A stretch of 64,000 nt of DNA from the human T2T-CHM13v2.0 reference genome, Homo sapiens, in the NCBI RefSeq assembly GCF_009914755.1, contig NC_060925.1; one strand, 5' to 3'. The first letter of the stretch is position 1. Each line of letters begins with the position of its first letter. Under the pieces are notes generated by a model. That model ran no database searches. It was not told the DNA's origin and saw only the letters and a list, made by a program, of their open reading frames with translations. The position numbers and the translations under genes are program-made. Below are positions 1-12,597 of the stretch, piece by piece.

Positions 1-190
1 AAAGTTCTCATGTTAGAAAAGCTCATTATTAACAGGTTGTGCAGTCTCACGTCCTACAAAGAAAAAAAATAGGGGGAGGAAGAGAGAACTAAAACTACAA
101 ATGAACAAAAAAAGGGAGAGCAATCCTGGAAAACCCATAAAGGCCATATTATTCTAAAGTCCATACATCAGTAGGAAGGTATGAAATGGT

Positions 191-280
191 ATATTATATA
201 TATATTATATATATACACACACATATATCTATATATACACACATATATATGTAAGTGGTTGTAAGTACATATATATATAT
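191..280. repeat. (TA)n/(CA)n low-complexity microsatellite
   Basis: Directly visible TATATA/CACA runs. Confidence 0.85.
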
Positions 281-2546
281 GTTGCTGTTATTTTCTTCTG
301 AAGTTTAAGTTGTCTAGTTCCAGTTTTCTCAGTTTAATGTTCAGTGATTTCAAATCAGGAAAAATGACGAAAAAAGGAAAAGAAAGAAGGAAAAAATGTA
401 AGACATTATTTTGGGAACTTGCAGCCAGGAAAAACTTTAGAATTCTGTCCAATTTATAGAAAATAATAAAAACGTAAAAATATTAGGCAAGGCCAGAACC
501 TAGTAACAGGTGTACTCTAGTTTATTTTGAAACATGATTTTTCTTTTTCTAATTCCCCAACTTTATTAGAGACAAAATCATAGTAGGACCAATTTATTGC
601 AAAATAAGTTTTAGTCTTATACTTGGCCTGATTATTTGCATAAAGTACAACAAGAATAAATTATTTGCCACATAGGCTCTTTTTAAATCGGCTTTGATGG
701 AAGTTTGTTCTATAAGGAATCTCATATTAGATTTTTCAAAGCATTGAGCCCAGCCACAGATTTATCTGTGCTCGCAAATACTTGTATGAGTTGGGTAAAT
801 CACTCTCCTCTCAAGGTGACAAGATAACTTGAGGTTCCTGAGCCTGTCGGAAAGTGACATTCTTTGCTTACCGCAGGTCAGGAACCCTGTACAGGGACTG
901 TGTAGACAAGGTATGAGGCCAGTTTTCTCAAGGGGCTTCTATTCACTCTATAAGTCACCTTTGATTATTCAAAGCAGTCTGTTTATATTTGAAAATATGC
1001 CATTCCAGTCAAAGCCTTGGTAGAATAACCAGTGTCTCCAATTGGGTCCTGTACTAAAGAAAACAGATTCTTATTGCACTTATGCAAAAACTATATTGCC
1101 ATAAGTTAAGAATATTCACAAATAGTTTCCAAATTCTGGAGAAATCAGATAGAGAGAAAGAAATATGCTCCAAATTTTTCTTACAGGAGTATATTTACTC
1201 ACTTGCTAAAAGCTGTAAATAGCTCAAAAGAAAACAAAAGTTTTCTTGACTCTGAAAAACAAAATGAAAAGGATCAGCAACATTTTAAGCAAAAAAAAAA
1301 AATCACTAAAAGATTATTTCAGCCTTTTATTAGTTTAGTCCATGTCAGGAATCCTTTGGAATATATTAGCTTTCTATGAGAGTCCTGGAAATTGTTTTAT
1401 CTGTTTTGTTTTTCTACTTCAATGGCCCAATTTTCAAAGTTATCAGAGAGTCCAAGAGTCCTATGGCTGATTATAAACTGCCTTTTGAAGAGGATTAAAA
1501 CAAGACAACAATTGTCTTTGGATGACAAAAGTCTTAGAACAGCCACAATTAAAAACCCAATTGACAAGAAAATCTGGTCACCTCTGTGGTATACAGCAAT
1601 TTAACATAACAATTACAATTATTACTGACAATATATACTGAGACATATCAGAATATAGAAATTTTATATGATTTTGTAATGCATACTAATAACATTTATG
1701 TGATTATAACTTAAAGAAAGAAAGTTACACATCATTTTACATTTGACAATGCTTCCTATATGAATTTAATGTATCAAATAAACTGAATATGTCTCTTTTG
1801 GTCTTTGGGGGACCTAATATCTCAAAGGGTTAATTAGGTCAAAAAAACATAATTTAAAATTTGATTATGGAAAGTTTGTCAAATATCAAAGTTTAAAACA
1901 CTTGATATTACAAAATAGAATTCCAGGTCACTATAAGTCATTTATTTACCCAAAATGATAACTCAAAATTTTAAAAAGGCAAAAAACCTTTACTCATTGA
2001 TAGAGGAGACTTAATTTCCCAAACAATAAGCCCTAACAAAGACAGCATGAGGCCAATTAAGTCTGTCTCTCAAATGTTGTAAACATCTATAAAATTTTAA
2101 TAATCTTGACCATAAGACATAATTTCCATCAAACATCTTTGTAACCATTTATAAGTTTTTTAAAAGGCAGTTTAATGCTCCAAGAAAACCTTGTTAATCT
2201 GACACAGAGGCCCTGATGCTGGTCTTGTATCAGTTTGCCTTCAACATTAACATTTAATTTATAAAGAAACTGAATTAATTTTATCTCTCAAAATTGGCCC
2301 TTATGATTTCATGTGCCTACCTCTTCCACAATAGTCTCTAGGCCTAGAAGGGTGGAATACTTTTAATTCTTGGCCCTGTGTCTCATGAACACAGTTTGTT
2401 TTGATTATCATCTTCCCCCAAGTCTGAAGATGATGCTTTAACTACTGCCCTTGTTTAAGATTTAGCAGGACTTGATGTCCTTTTTAGACCCAAGAATTGA
2501 AGCCCTGTAACTTAATAGCATAAGGACTTTAAAAGAATTACAGAAA

Positions 2547-2800
2547 TACTGCATGTTCTCCCTTATTAGTGGTAGCTAAATGATGAGAACTCAGTGACAG
2601 AAAGAAGGGAATAACAGACACTGGGGCCTACTTGAGGGTGAAGGGTGGGAGGAGGGAGAGGATTAGAAAATATAACTATTGGGTATGAGGCTTAGTACCT
2701 GGGTGATTAAATAAACTGTACAACAAACCTCTGTGACACAAATTTATACCAAACTTGCACACGTACCCCTGAACCTAAAACAAAAGTTAAAAGAAAAAGA
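2547..2800 (+). mobile_element. 5'-truncated L1 3' end (older L1PA, about L1PA13-16)
   Basis: TACTGCATGTTCTC...GAGCTAAA-like start, G-rich tract GAGGGTGAAGGGTGGGAGGAGGGAGAGG, ends GTACCCCTGAACCTAAAA plus A-rich tail. Confidence 0.9.
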
Positions 2801-2967
2801 AATTACCGCAGCCACCCCAACCTTCAGCAATCACAAATTTGTTTAGTCAGCAGCCATCAACATCCAGGCAAGACACTCCACTGGCAAAAAGATTATGACT
2901 CACTGAAGGCTCAGATAACTGCTAGCATTTTTCAGTAATAAAGCATTTTTAAATTTTAAATTAAGGT
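2801..2967 (+). mobile_element. Tigger1 internal fragment without TIRs, probably L1-transduced
   Basis: CAGCCACCCCAACCTTCAGCAA...AGTCAGCAGCCATCAACATC...GCAAAAAGATTATGACTCACTGAAGGCTCAGAT matches the recalled Tigger1 3' region. Confidence 0.8.
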
Positions 2968-3606
2968 TAACAAATAAATAAAAGTAATACAGAAAGTTAC
3001 ATGGATGTAATAAACTTAATTTTAAAGAGTTTTTAAAAACCTCAGTTTTCCTAAGCAAATCAATAATAAATTTAATAATAATTAAGTTATTAAAAATAAT
3101 AATAAAACTTAATAATAATTAAATAGTAATAATTTTGATAAAATGTAAAATCTGTTTGTTAGTCCAGGTACCAAAAGGCAAAAAAACAAAAACAAACAAT
3201 CCCCCCCCAAAAAAACCTTCTGCACTGTGATTCCTTTCCCCTATGGGAAGTCCACTTAGATAACCTGCAAGTCAAAACTAAAGAAAATGGTATTTGAATT
3301 AGTTAGACATAGGAAGAATGTATTCTGGATCATAAGTGAAAAGTTTTAGTTTAATAGAACAATTTAAAGCCAATGCACAGGATGTTATATTGGAAGAAAA
3401 CATTTGCTTTAGACATTTGAGATAAAACATTTTTAGCATCAGGCTACAACAATAGTTAGAACCTGAGGAAAACGTTATAGGAGCTGATTAAAAAGTTGAG
3501 CGTTATTACTTCAGCCCTTCTCAAAAAGGAAAGAAAGCTCAAAACAGCAAGATGCAATAAAAGTTGAACTTCTGGGTTAAAAATAAATTAAAATTTCTTC
3601 TAATTA

Positions 3607-3917
3607 TTTTTTGTTTTGTTGTTTGAGATAGGTTCTCACTCTGTTGCCTGGGCTGTGTTGCAGTGGTGTGATCATGGCTCACTGCAGCCTTGATCTCCTG
3701 GGCTCTAGAGATCTTCCCACCTCAGCCTTCAGAGTAGCTGGGACTGCAGGTGCATGCCACCATGCTGGATAATTTTTTCTATTTTTTTTTTTTTTTTTTT
3801 GTAGAAATGGGTTTCACTGTGTTGCCCAGGCTGGTCTTGAACCCCTGGGCTCAAGTGATCTCCCATCTTGGGCTCTCACAGTGCTGGGATTACAGGTGTG
3901 AGCCACCATGTCCAGCC
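3607..3917 (-). mobile_element. AluJ
   Basis: Full dimeric Alu in reverse with J-type ATCATGGCTCACTGCAGCCTTG, poly-T tail and approximate TSD TCTT(C/G)TAATT. Confidence 0.92.
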
Positions 3918-4867
3918 CTCTTGTAATTTTATTAAGAGATAATACCTTAAGAAAATTTTGTAGTTCTAACCAATTATTTAGTGTATTAGTGTATTTTAAA
4001 TATCAAAGACCAATCTCTAGAAAGACTGTTATAACTAATTTTCTTTTAATTATAGCCAACTTGATCACATAAAGTTTTTTTTCCATAAAGCCTCTTTTTA
4101 CAAATTTTATTGACTTACACACACCATTTATGACTTGCTTAGGTTTTTCATTTTATCCTTAACCTCCTATTCATTTTATTTTAGGACAAAAGTTTATCAT
4201 ATAAGATTTTTTTCATATAAAATTATTCCCCCTTCAATTTTTCTTACCCAAAGTAGCTCTTTATAGTTATAAGATTCTTTATATGTCTCTTATTTACTGG
4301 TACCTTTTGCCCTGTTTTATAAATAACCTTTACATAACCTTGAATAAGACAAAAATCATTTTCCTTTAAGAACACTTTTTTTGAGAAAAATGTTTTCTTA
4401 TAATTTTTTAGATGGGAAATAACCCAGACATTTAATTAATATCTGTTATTTAATTTAATATAACTTTAGATTCTAAATTATTTGACATGTTTACTTATAA
4501 GCATTTATTCCATTATATTTACCTAATTAGTTAATTTTTAAAATAGTTTACATACATTACTTATGAAAACTGTGATAGTTATTATTTAAAGATGGGAATA
4601 ATTAAGCTTAAGAGAATAACTGATAATGTACAGACAGATAATGCAAGCTCTATGAGAAACTGAGAATAGAGTAGAAGTGGAGAGACTGGCCTTTAAAGGA
4701 GCAGGAAATACTTCCTTTTTTGTATTAAGGAGGCAGTGATAGGCCTTTTCTATTGTAATAGAGAGAGTGTGGGAATGGAAAATGTGTCAGAAAAACTGTC
4801 TTGTGTCTCAACTCCTACCTATATTATATAATTTATTGAAGAAATTACTCTTTGGCACAGTTTCAAT

Positions 4868-5120
4868 TATTCATTTATTTGACAAGTATATATTGAACTC
4901 CCCAAAGTAGAAGTTACTTTGGCAAAATAATATAATATTTCTCTCTAGGAAATTACAACCTACTTCGGAAATGGTCATGTAAACAAGCACTGAACTGCAG
5001 TTATTTAACTGTGATAATGGAGGTGTGTTCAAAGTGCTATGGGAACACAGTAAAAAGAAGGACCCATATCTGTTCAGGAGAGACTAGAAAGACTTCATGG
5101 AAATGTTTAATGAAAACTAG
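4868..5120 (-). mobile_element. L2 3' fragment
   Basis: ATTCATTTATTTGACAAGTATATATTGAA start, then AAGTGCTATGGGAACACAG. Confidence 0.55.
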
Positions 5121-5299
5121 AAGGAGAAGCAGAATTATATTTGGGCTGGTTAAGGATAGCTATGATAATAAAAATTGCAATGCAATGATGATAAATGATG
5201 AGTCTAAGAAACCTCAGTCATATATGGGACAACACAGAAAATTACTTGTCACTTTTCTCCCTGTGGTTTATATGAATGCTTTCACATAATTGCATATTA

Positions 5300-6138
<839 letters not shown>

Positions 6139-8186
6139 TTTTTGCGTATTAGATCTTTGGTGGACGGTCTTTGGAGTTCTCTGTAGTAGCATATCAATGT
6201 ACACACTTAAGCTTGACTACTTTTAACTCATACCCCATTTAGAAGTCTTCAGAGATAGGGAATTCAAATTGGTTTTAAAAGATGAATACCAATATCTTAG
6301 ACTTTCCAAATGTAAATACTGCATTTTAGAGTTTATTCTTTGTGAAAAGACTGTTTAAGCATACTAACTATATATCCATATATCTACTTCTATACATCAT
6401 ACATGTATATATTTGAAATTCAGATTAAAATAATACTTAAGTATGTATGAGGTATAGTAATCAGAGTTTTCTGTTTAATCAAAATACTATTGGTTTCAAC
6501 ATAATTGTTGAAAATCCTCCTAAAATAAATCACTTCCCTTGATGTCCTGTTAATGCTTAATATGTGCATTAAAAATTATGTGAAAAAGTTTTTAATTAAG
6601 CACTTCCTAATTTTGTTTTGCTTGGGTTTTACTATACTTGAATATTATTATTTTTAGCTTCCCTTGGATTTCTTCTCTCTGAATAATTCGAATTTGTGTG
6701 TGTGTGTTTAGTGCATGATAATAAAAGTAATGCCATTTTGTAAATTATATTCCATGGTTAATACAGAGTTTCAGTTTTTCCATTACAATCATTCACATGC
6801 AGTAGTTTCCTCTTACATCTTCCTTCATTCTGTCTGCTTTGCTTTTCTTTCTTTATCTTCTGTCTTTTCTGCAGAGAGATGGAAGTAAGGGATGTGGCTG
6901 TAGGAAATTCTAGTCTTCATATCATATGTAATTTTATAGTCTTCTACTTTTCTTTAAACTCTAATGCCAACTTTTTATTCTCTTTTAACTTTGCTTAGTC
7001 AGAGCTTATCTGCAGGGAGCAAATTTCATTAATGAATTTCAGTTAATATACATGAAAAATGCTAATTTAATATACAACCATCAAATGTCTGGATTTGCCC
7101 TTGTTTAATGTAATTTTTATGTTTTTCAATAAGATTGATTTATTAAAATCAATTGATCTTTAGCTGTACAATTATATAGGTCTAAGACACAGATATGAAT
7201 ATATGCATTATGTTTATGTTCATTCATAAAGCAGAAAAATGATTTGGCTGGCTGCTTTGTAACTATATTGTATACATGGGAAATCTGACAAACTCAGGGT
7301 ATGAAAATGACTGGTAGAAGGAGATTTGTAGAGGAGAAGGTAGTTTGTGAATTTTGTGTTGAGGAAAGACTGCCGTGAAATCTGGAAATGACACTGTGTC
7401 TAGAAGAAAATTCATAAAACAAGGAACATTCTCTCTTGCTGTAGCAGACATTTATTGATTGATCACTCAGCATCTATTTCCCTTATAATACCCAGATTTT
7501 TCTTAGGTCTTTCATCTCTTTTATATACTTCCTATGAGTTTAGGGAGATAGTCACACTGCTGCCATATCTGGGGTAGGCCTAGATTATTTAAGATAATAA
7601 GAACATTTAGTTACCCTGGGTAGTCAGTGTTGGCTGGACTTAAGCCAACAAGTATGTTGAAACTGTCATATTTAATGCAAGTCTTGCCAGCTCCTACAGA
7701 AAAGTTTTGGAGTCAGGCAGGCACGCAGCTGAGGATGGCTGGCAACTACAAGACATCTGGCAGATATTCTAAGTACAAAGGAAAAATATCCCCAAATCTA
7801 ATCCTTACGAAGTTGGATATTAAAGGTGGGAAAGTGTTCTAGAATCACAGTAATACCTGGTTAGAAAGTCATCCTGCATTTTTCAACTGCAAGAATCATT
7901 AGTAACATGTGTTCAGGAAGCTTCATCTATGAGGTGTAAGGACTTTCACATAAAACTAGCCTTCCCTTTAACTTTAATTCTTCCTCATTGTGCAGGCTGT
8001 TGAATTAAAAACTATTAGTTCCTTACAGGACCTTTATGTGGGTGTTACATTAGAAACTCAGTCAAATTTTAAGAATTATTTCCAGGGGAAAATGAATTCC
8101 CAGTTCTAGCCACAAATGATTCATAAATGAATATTTAAAGTACAATCCATTCATAAGTTCAGAATTTACTGTAACTATGAAAGGCT

Positions 8187-8366
8187 TTGTAGTGTGCTAG
8201 AACGAGCACTGCTCTAGGAAGGAGTCAAGGAATATTGATTCTAATCTTGGCTTTGCCATTAATTAACTATGAGACCTTGGCAAATCCCTCCCCTGGTTCT
8301 TAATTTTCTCATTTGTAAAATGAAGAAGTTGAAGTAGATATCTAAGATTCTTCCAGTTCCAGGAAT
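8187..8366 (+). mobile_element. MIR (MIR3-like)
   Basis: Core-like TATGAGACCTTGGCAAAT...TTTTCTCATTTGTAAAATGAAG; 3' end AAGATTCTTCCAGTTC. Confidence 0.7.
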
Positions 8367-8764
8367 TTATAATAAATTTACCAAATTTCAGAACATGCAT
8401 TTATTCAACAGTGACTTTAAAATACTAAGTTTTAAAAATATGTTTTGAAAATTATCCTAAAATCTAGGTTTGATTTTGTTCTGCTGGATCATTAAACATT
8501 ATTCATAAAAGTAATTTTACCTTTGGGCATTTAATTTAACACATTAGTTAAGATCATTCTAATAATGGTACCAAGGTACAACTAAATAGGAGAAGTACTA
8601 GAGGTCATATTCAATGCATTTTTAAACTAATCTAAATTTATTTTAAATATGTTCATTTATTTTCAAATTGTTTTTATGATGCATTGATTTAAGAGAACTT
8701 TTGCTTTATACAGACACACATGCACATGCCATGCACACACACATATATAATGTTTCTTACATTG

Positions 8765-9720
8765 TCATTCATTCAGCCTACTTTATACTAGGTACTATGC
8801 TAGGATCCAGGGACACGAAACTTGCAGTTATTGGCTTCAAGGAGCTTATGTTCTGTTGAATGAAATAATCATGTAAACTGACAGTTGCATGGTCAGTTAA
8901 CCTGTGAAATATCTGCACACACTAATAATCAGAGAAATTCTAATTAAATAGTATATTCCAGTTTTTGCACATTACAAAATTTATAATATGTAAGGCAGAG
9001 TGTGGCAAAGGGGACACTGTTGTGGAATGATTATAAATCCTACTCCTTCTTTTCCCTATTATCCTGTTTAATTTTTCTTCTTAGATACTATCAGCATCAA
9101 CGTAATATATGTATATTTTATAAAATCTGTTTTCACCCGCTGGAATGAAAAGCTCCATCTGAGAAAGGATTTAAGTAAAAAGAAAAAAAAAACTTGATAA
9201 ACACACACTTATCTGGGGAGGCAAAGGTACATGAAGTAAATATTTACTCCATGTAAAATTTGTATTCGTTGTTTCTTTAAGATGTATTTTATTCTCTTGT
9301 TTGAAATTTTTATATTGAGCACATATTTCTTTATTAATTAAATATGAAGGCAAATGAACAGATAGTATATCTTTTTAAGCACCATGTCCACTGTAATAAA
9401 CTATGTGGGATGCTTAGGAACATCATGAAACCTAACTTTGGGGGAAGTTATGTCAGGAGGAAACACCTGAGCTAATCTTGATGAATGAATTTAATTAGCC
9501 AGGTGGAGAAAGGAAGGAAGGAGGTCAATCTCACGAGAAGAAGCAACTTATACAAGAGTCATAGAGGCATGTAAGTATAGAATATACAGAGAATTGCAGG
9601 TAATTTGCATAAGTAGAATATATAGTACAAGGAAAAGGAGACTGATATGAAGCTGTAATGGTAAGCATGGGTCAGATTCTGATAATGTATTTGCTATATT
9701 AAGAATTTCACTTTACACCA
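8765..9720. mobile_element. Cluster of degraded L2 fragments in both orientations
   Basis: CATTCATTCAGCCTAC...TACTATGCTAGG...AAGGAGCTTATGTTCT (minus) and CTGGAATGAAAGCTCCA (plus). Confidence 0.45.
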
Positions 9721-10641
9721 CTTCAAATCTATTCCTGATAATTCTTGCTTCTGACTTTAAAGATCACTTTCCTGTAGGCAGCCACATTATAATTGTAGTT
9801 CCCACGTCTACTTTTGTTTCCTTAAAGTTTATCCTGCATAAAACAGCCAGTTACCTTTTCACCATATAGTTCCCTCTTCAGTTGTATTTACCATAATGTA
9901 TTCTATCTACATACATTAAGAATGCATGAGAGAATGTTACAATTTTTGCTTTAAAAGATCAAACACACTTTAAACAACTACAGAAGACAAGAAGACTTTG
10001 TTATATTTACTGAGATGCTTAACATTTCTGTTGTTCTTCCTTCATTCTCCATGCTACAGGCATCTTTTGGGTATTATTTTCCTTTTGTCTGAAGAAGTTC
10101 CTTTAACGATTCTTTTAGAACAGATCTGCTGGCAACACATTTTTTAGTTTATTATCCATCTGAGAATATTTTATCTTAATTCCTAAAAGACATTTTCTCT
10201 GAATATGGAATTCTGGGTTGAAATTATTTTCTTTCAGCACTTTATAAATGTTGTTTCACTTCCTTCTGGCCTCAATGAGACAGCTGCAGTCATTAGAATA
10301 AATGTTTCCCTATAAGTAATACATCATTTTTCTTTGGCTTTTTTCATGATACTTTCTTTGTCTTTAGTTTTCAGCAGTTGGAATAGGATGGCTCTGGGCA
10401 TGATTTTGTTGTTGTTGTTGTTATTTTTCTGTTTGGGTTTGCTGAATTTTTTGAATCTGTAGCTTAATGTCTTTTCTTCACATTTGGGTTATTTTCAGCC
10501 CTTATTTCTTCAAGGTTTTTAAAATTAACATATTCTTTCTTGTCTCTGTGACTAAAATAACAGAATATTAGCTCTTTCATTATCGCACCACATGTTCCTG
10601 AGGTTTCTCAATCATTTTTCCCCTGCTTTTCAGATCATATA

Positions 10642-11628
10642 CCATAGTTCCCCCTTATTCTCAGGGGTTACGTTCCAAGACCCCTCATGGATATTTGAAA
10701 GGCAGACAGTATCAAACCCTGTATAGACTATGTGCACATTTCCTTTTCCTTCTTTACAATTTCACAAATAGAACATTCATTCTTACTGTAATCTTAGTAA
10801 TCTCGGCATATGATTTATTTCATTTCTTTATTAAATTGAAAACTTTCACCTTATTAAATCAAGTTTAGCCTAAAGCTGCATCCTTATATAATCTAAGTTC
10901 AGCCTAAAGGGTTCTCTGTACATTGTGAACTATAACAAGTGGAGATGTAACAGACCATAGCCTATACTTGTGCCAATCACCGAGCTTTGGCCAATCAAAT
11001 GTAGCCAGCTATTCAAACCATGTTCAAATAAGGCAAACACCAACAGTAACTGATCCAGCTGTTTCTGCACCTCACTTCCGATTTCTGTAAGTTACTTTCC
11101 TTTTTCTGTTCATAAATCTTCTTCCACCACATGGCTATGCTGAAGTCTCTGAGCATACCCTGGCTTGGGATGCTTTCCAATTTGTAAAGCATTCATTGCT
11201 CAATTAAACTCTTCCAAATTTAATTCAACTGAAGTTTTTATCAACCTTTTCACTTAAAAGAAGCACCTGATGGCTTCTCTTTTGCATATCCGAATTGCCG
11301 GCATTACTACTTGTACCTTGGGAACAATAGTAAATAAATAAGGGTTACTTGAATACAAGCTCTGCTATACCACAACAGTTGATGTGACAACAATTATGGC
11401 CACTAAGAGACTAATGGACACGTAGAATACACAGTGTGGATATGCTTTGAGAAAGGGATGATTTCATGTCCTGAGTGGGACAAAGTGGGATGGTGTGAGA
11501 TTTCATCATGCTACTCAGAACCACACATGTTTTAAAAGTTGTGTATTGTTTCTTCTGGTATTTCTATTTAATATTTCAGATTGCAGTTGACCATGGGTAA
11601 GCAAAACCTTGCATAAGGGGGGACGATG
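10642..11628 (-). mobile_element. MER44 (Tigger7-family MITE), interrupted by MER57
   Basis: TIRs CCATAGTTCCCCCTTAT / ATAAGGGGGGACGATG; internal GAGATTTCATCATGCTACTCAGAA. Confidence 0.85.
10852..11243 (+). mobile_element. MER57 solo LTR (ERV1)
   Basis: Starts TATTAAATCAAGTTTAGCCTAAAGCTGC and ends ...TTTATCA; 4-bp TSD ACCT at 10848-10851 and 11244-11247. Confidence 0.88.
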
Positions 11629-11770
11629 ATAATTTCTATTGTTCTATCTTCAGTAGTTTTTTTTTTTTGTCCTCTCTATTCTGCTACTGAGCCCAACTAG
11701 TAAGATTTAAAATTTGTTATTGCATCTTTTAGTTCTAAAATATCCATCTAGTTCTTCTTTATATTTTCTA

Positions 11771-12049
11771 TAATCATTCCTCCCTATCTGCAGAAGATTG
11801 GTTAAGATCCCCCTGTGGATACCAAAATCTGTGCATACTCAAGTTCCACAGTCAGCCCTGTGGGACCCTCAGATACAAAAAGGTGGCCTTTGTATGCTCA
11901 AGTTTCACATTCCATGAATATTGTACTTTCAATTCATGTTTGACTGTGGATATGGAATCTGCCAATACAGAGAGCTGACTGTATTTATTGAAAAATATCC
12001 ACTGTGTGGACTCATGCAGTTCAATCTTTTGTTGTTCAAATATCAACTG
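11771..12049. mobile_element. Tigger2-family MITE (MER8/MER2B/Tigger2a-like)
   Basis: GATTGGTT...GTGGATACCAAAATCTG...CTCAAGTTCC; ends TTGTTCAAATATCAACTG-TA. Confidence 0.75.
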
Positions 12050-12216
12050 TATTTTATTTCAAGATTTCAAGATTTTGTATCTGCACTCTTTCCTGTACTT
12101 TCCTGTTTCCTGGGGCTCCCCTCATTAGTCTCTTACTGTATCTTTATTACTCCACTCTGACACGCACTTCTTGTGACTCTCTCCACATCTGGTACAAAGC
12201 AACAAGATAATAAGAG

Positions 12217-12597
12217 TGTGTTAGTACATGTTCTCACTGTTATAAAGAACTGCCTGAGACTGGGTAATTTATAAAGAAAAGAGGTTTAATTGACTCACAG
12301 ATCTGCATGGCTGGGGAGGTGTCAGGAAACTTACAATTCTGGTGGAAGGGGAAGCAGGCATGTCCTACAGGGTGGCAGGTGAGAGAGAAGACCAAAGGAG
12401 GAACTTCCAAACACATATAAAATCATCAGATCTCTTGAGAACTCACTGACTGTCATGCGAACAGCATGGGGGAAACCATCCCTGTGATCCAATCACCTCC
12501 CTCCCTTGACCTGTGGCATTACAGGTCCCTCCCTAGACACGTGGGGATTACAATTCAATATGAAATTTGGATGGGGACACAGGGCCAAACCATTTCA
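12217..12597 (-). mobile_element. THE1 (THE1D-like) solo LTR, ERVL-MaLR
   Basis: TG...CA ends; GAGACTGGGTAATTTATAAAGAAAAGAGGTTTAATTGACTCACAG; 5-bp TSD AAGAG at 12212-12216 and 12598-12602. Confidence 0.92.

Larger units (their letters stand above)
1..4590 (-). mobile_element. ERV1 MER4-group internal (non-coding) sequence, degraded, interrupted by L1/Tigger1 and Alu insertions
   Basis: Motifs recalled from MER4-group internal regions, e.g. TTGCAAAATAAGTTTTAGTCTTATACTTGGCCTGATTATTTGCATAAAG (~597) and CAGGTCAGGAACCCTGTACAGGGACTGTGTAGACAAGGTATGAGGCCAGTTTT (~875). Exact family and boundaries are uncertain. Confidence 0.6.
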
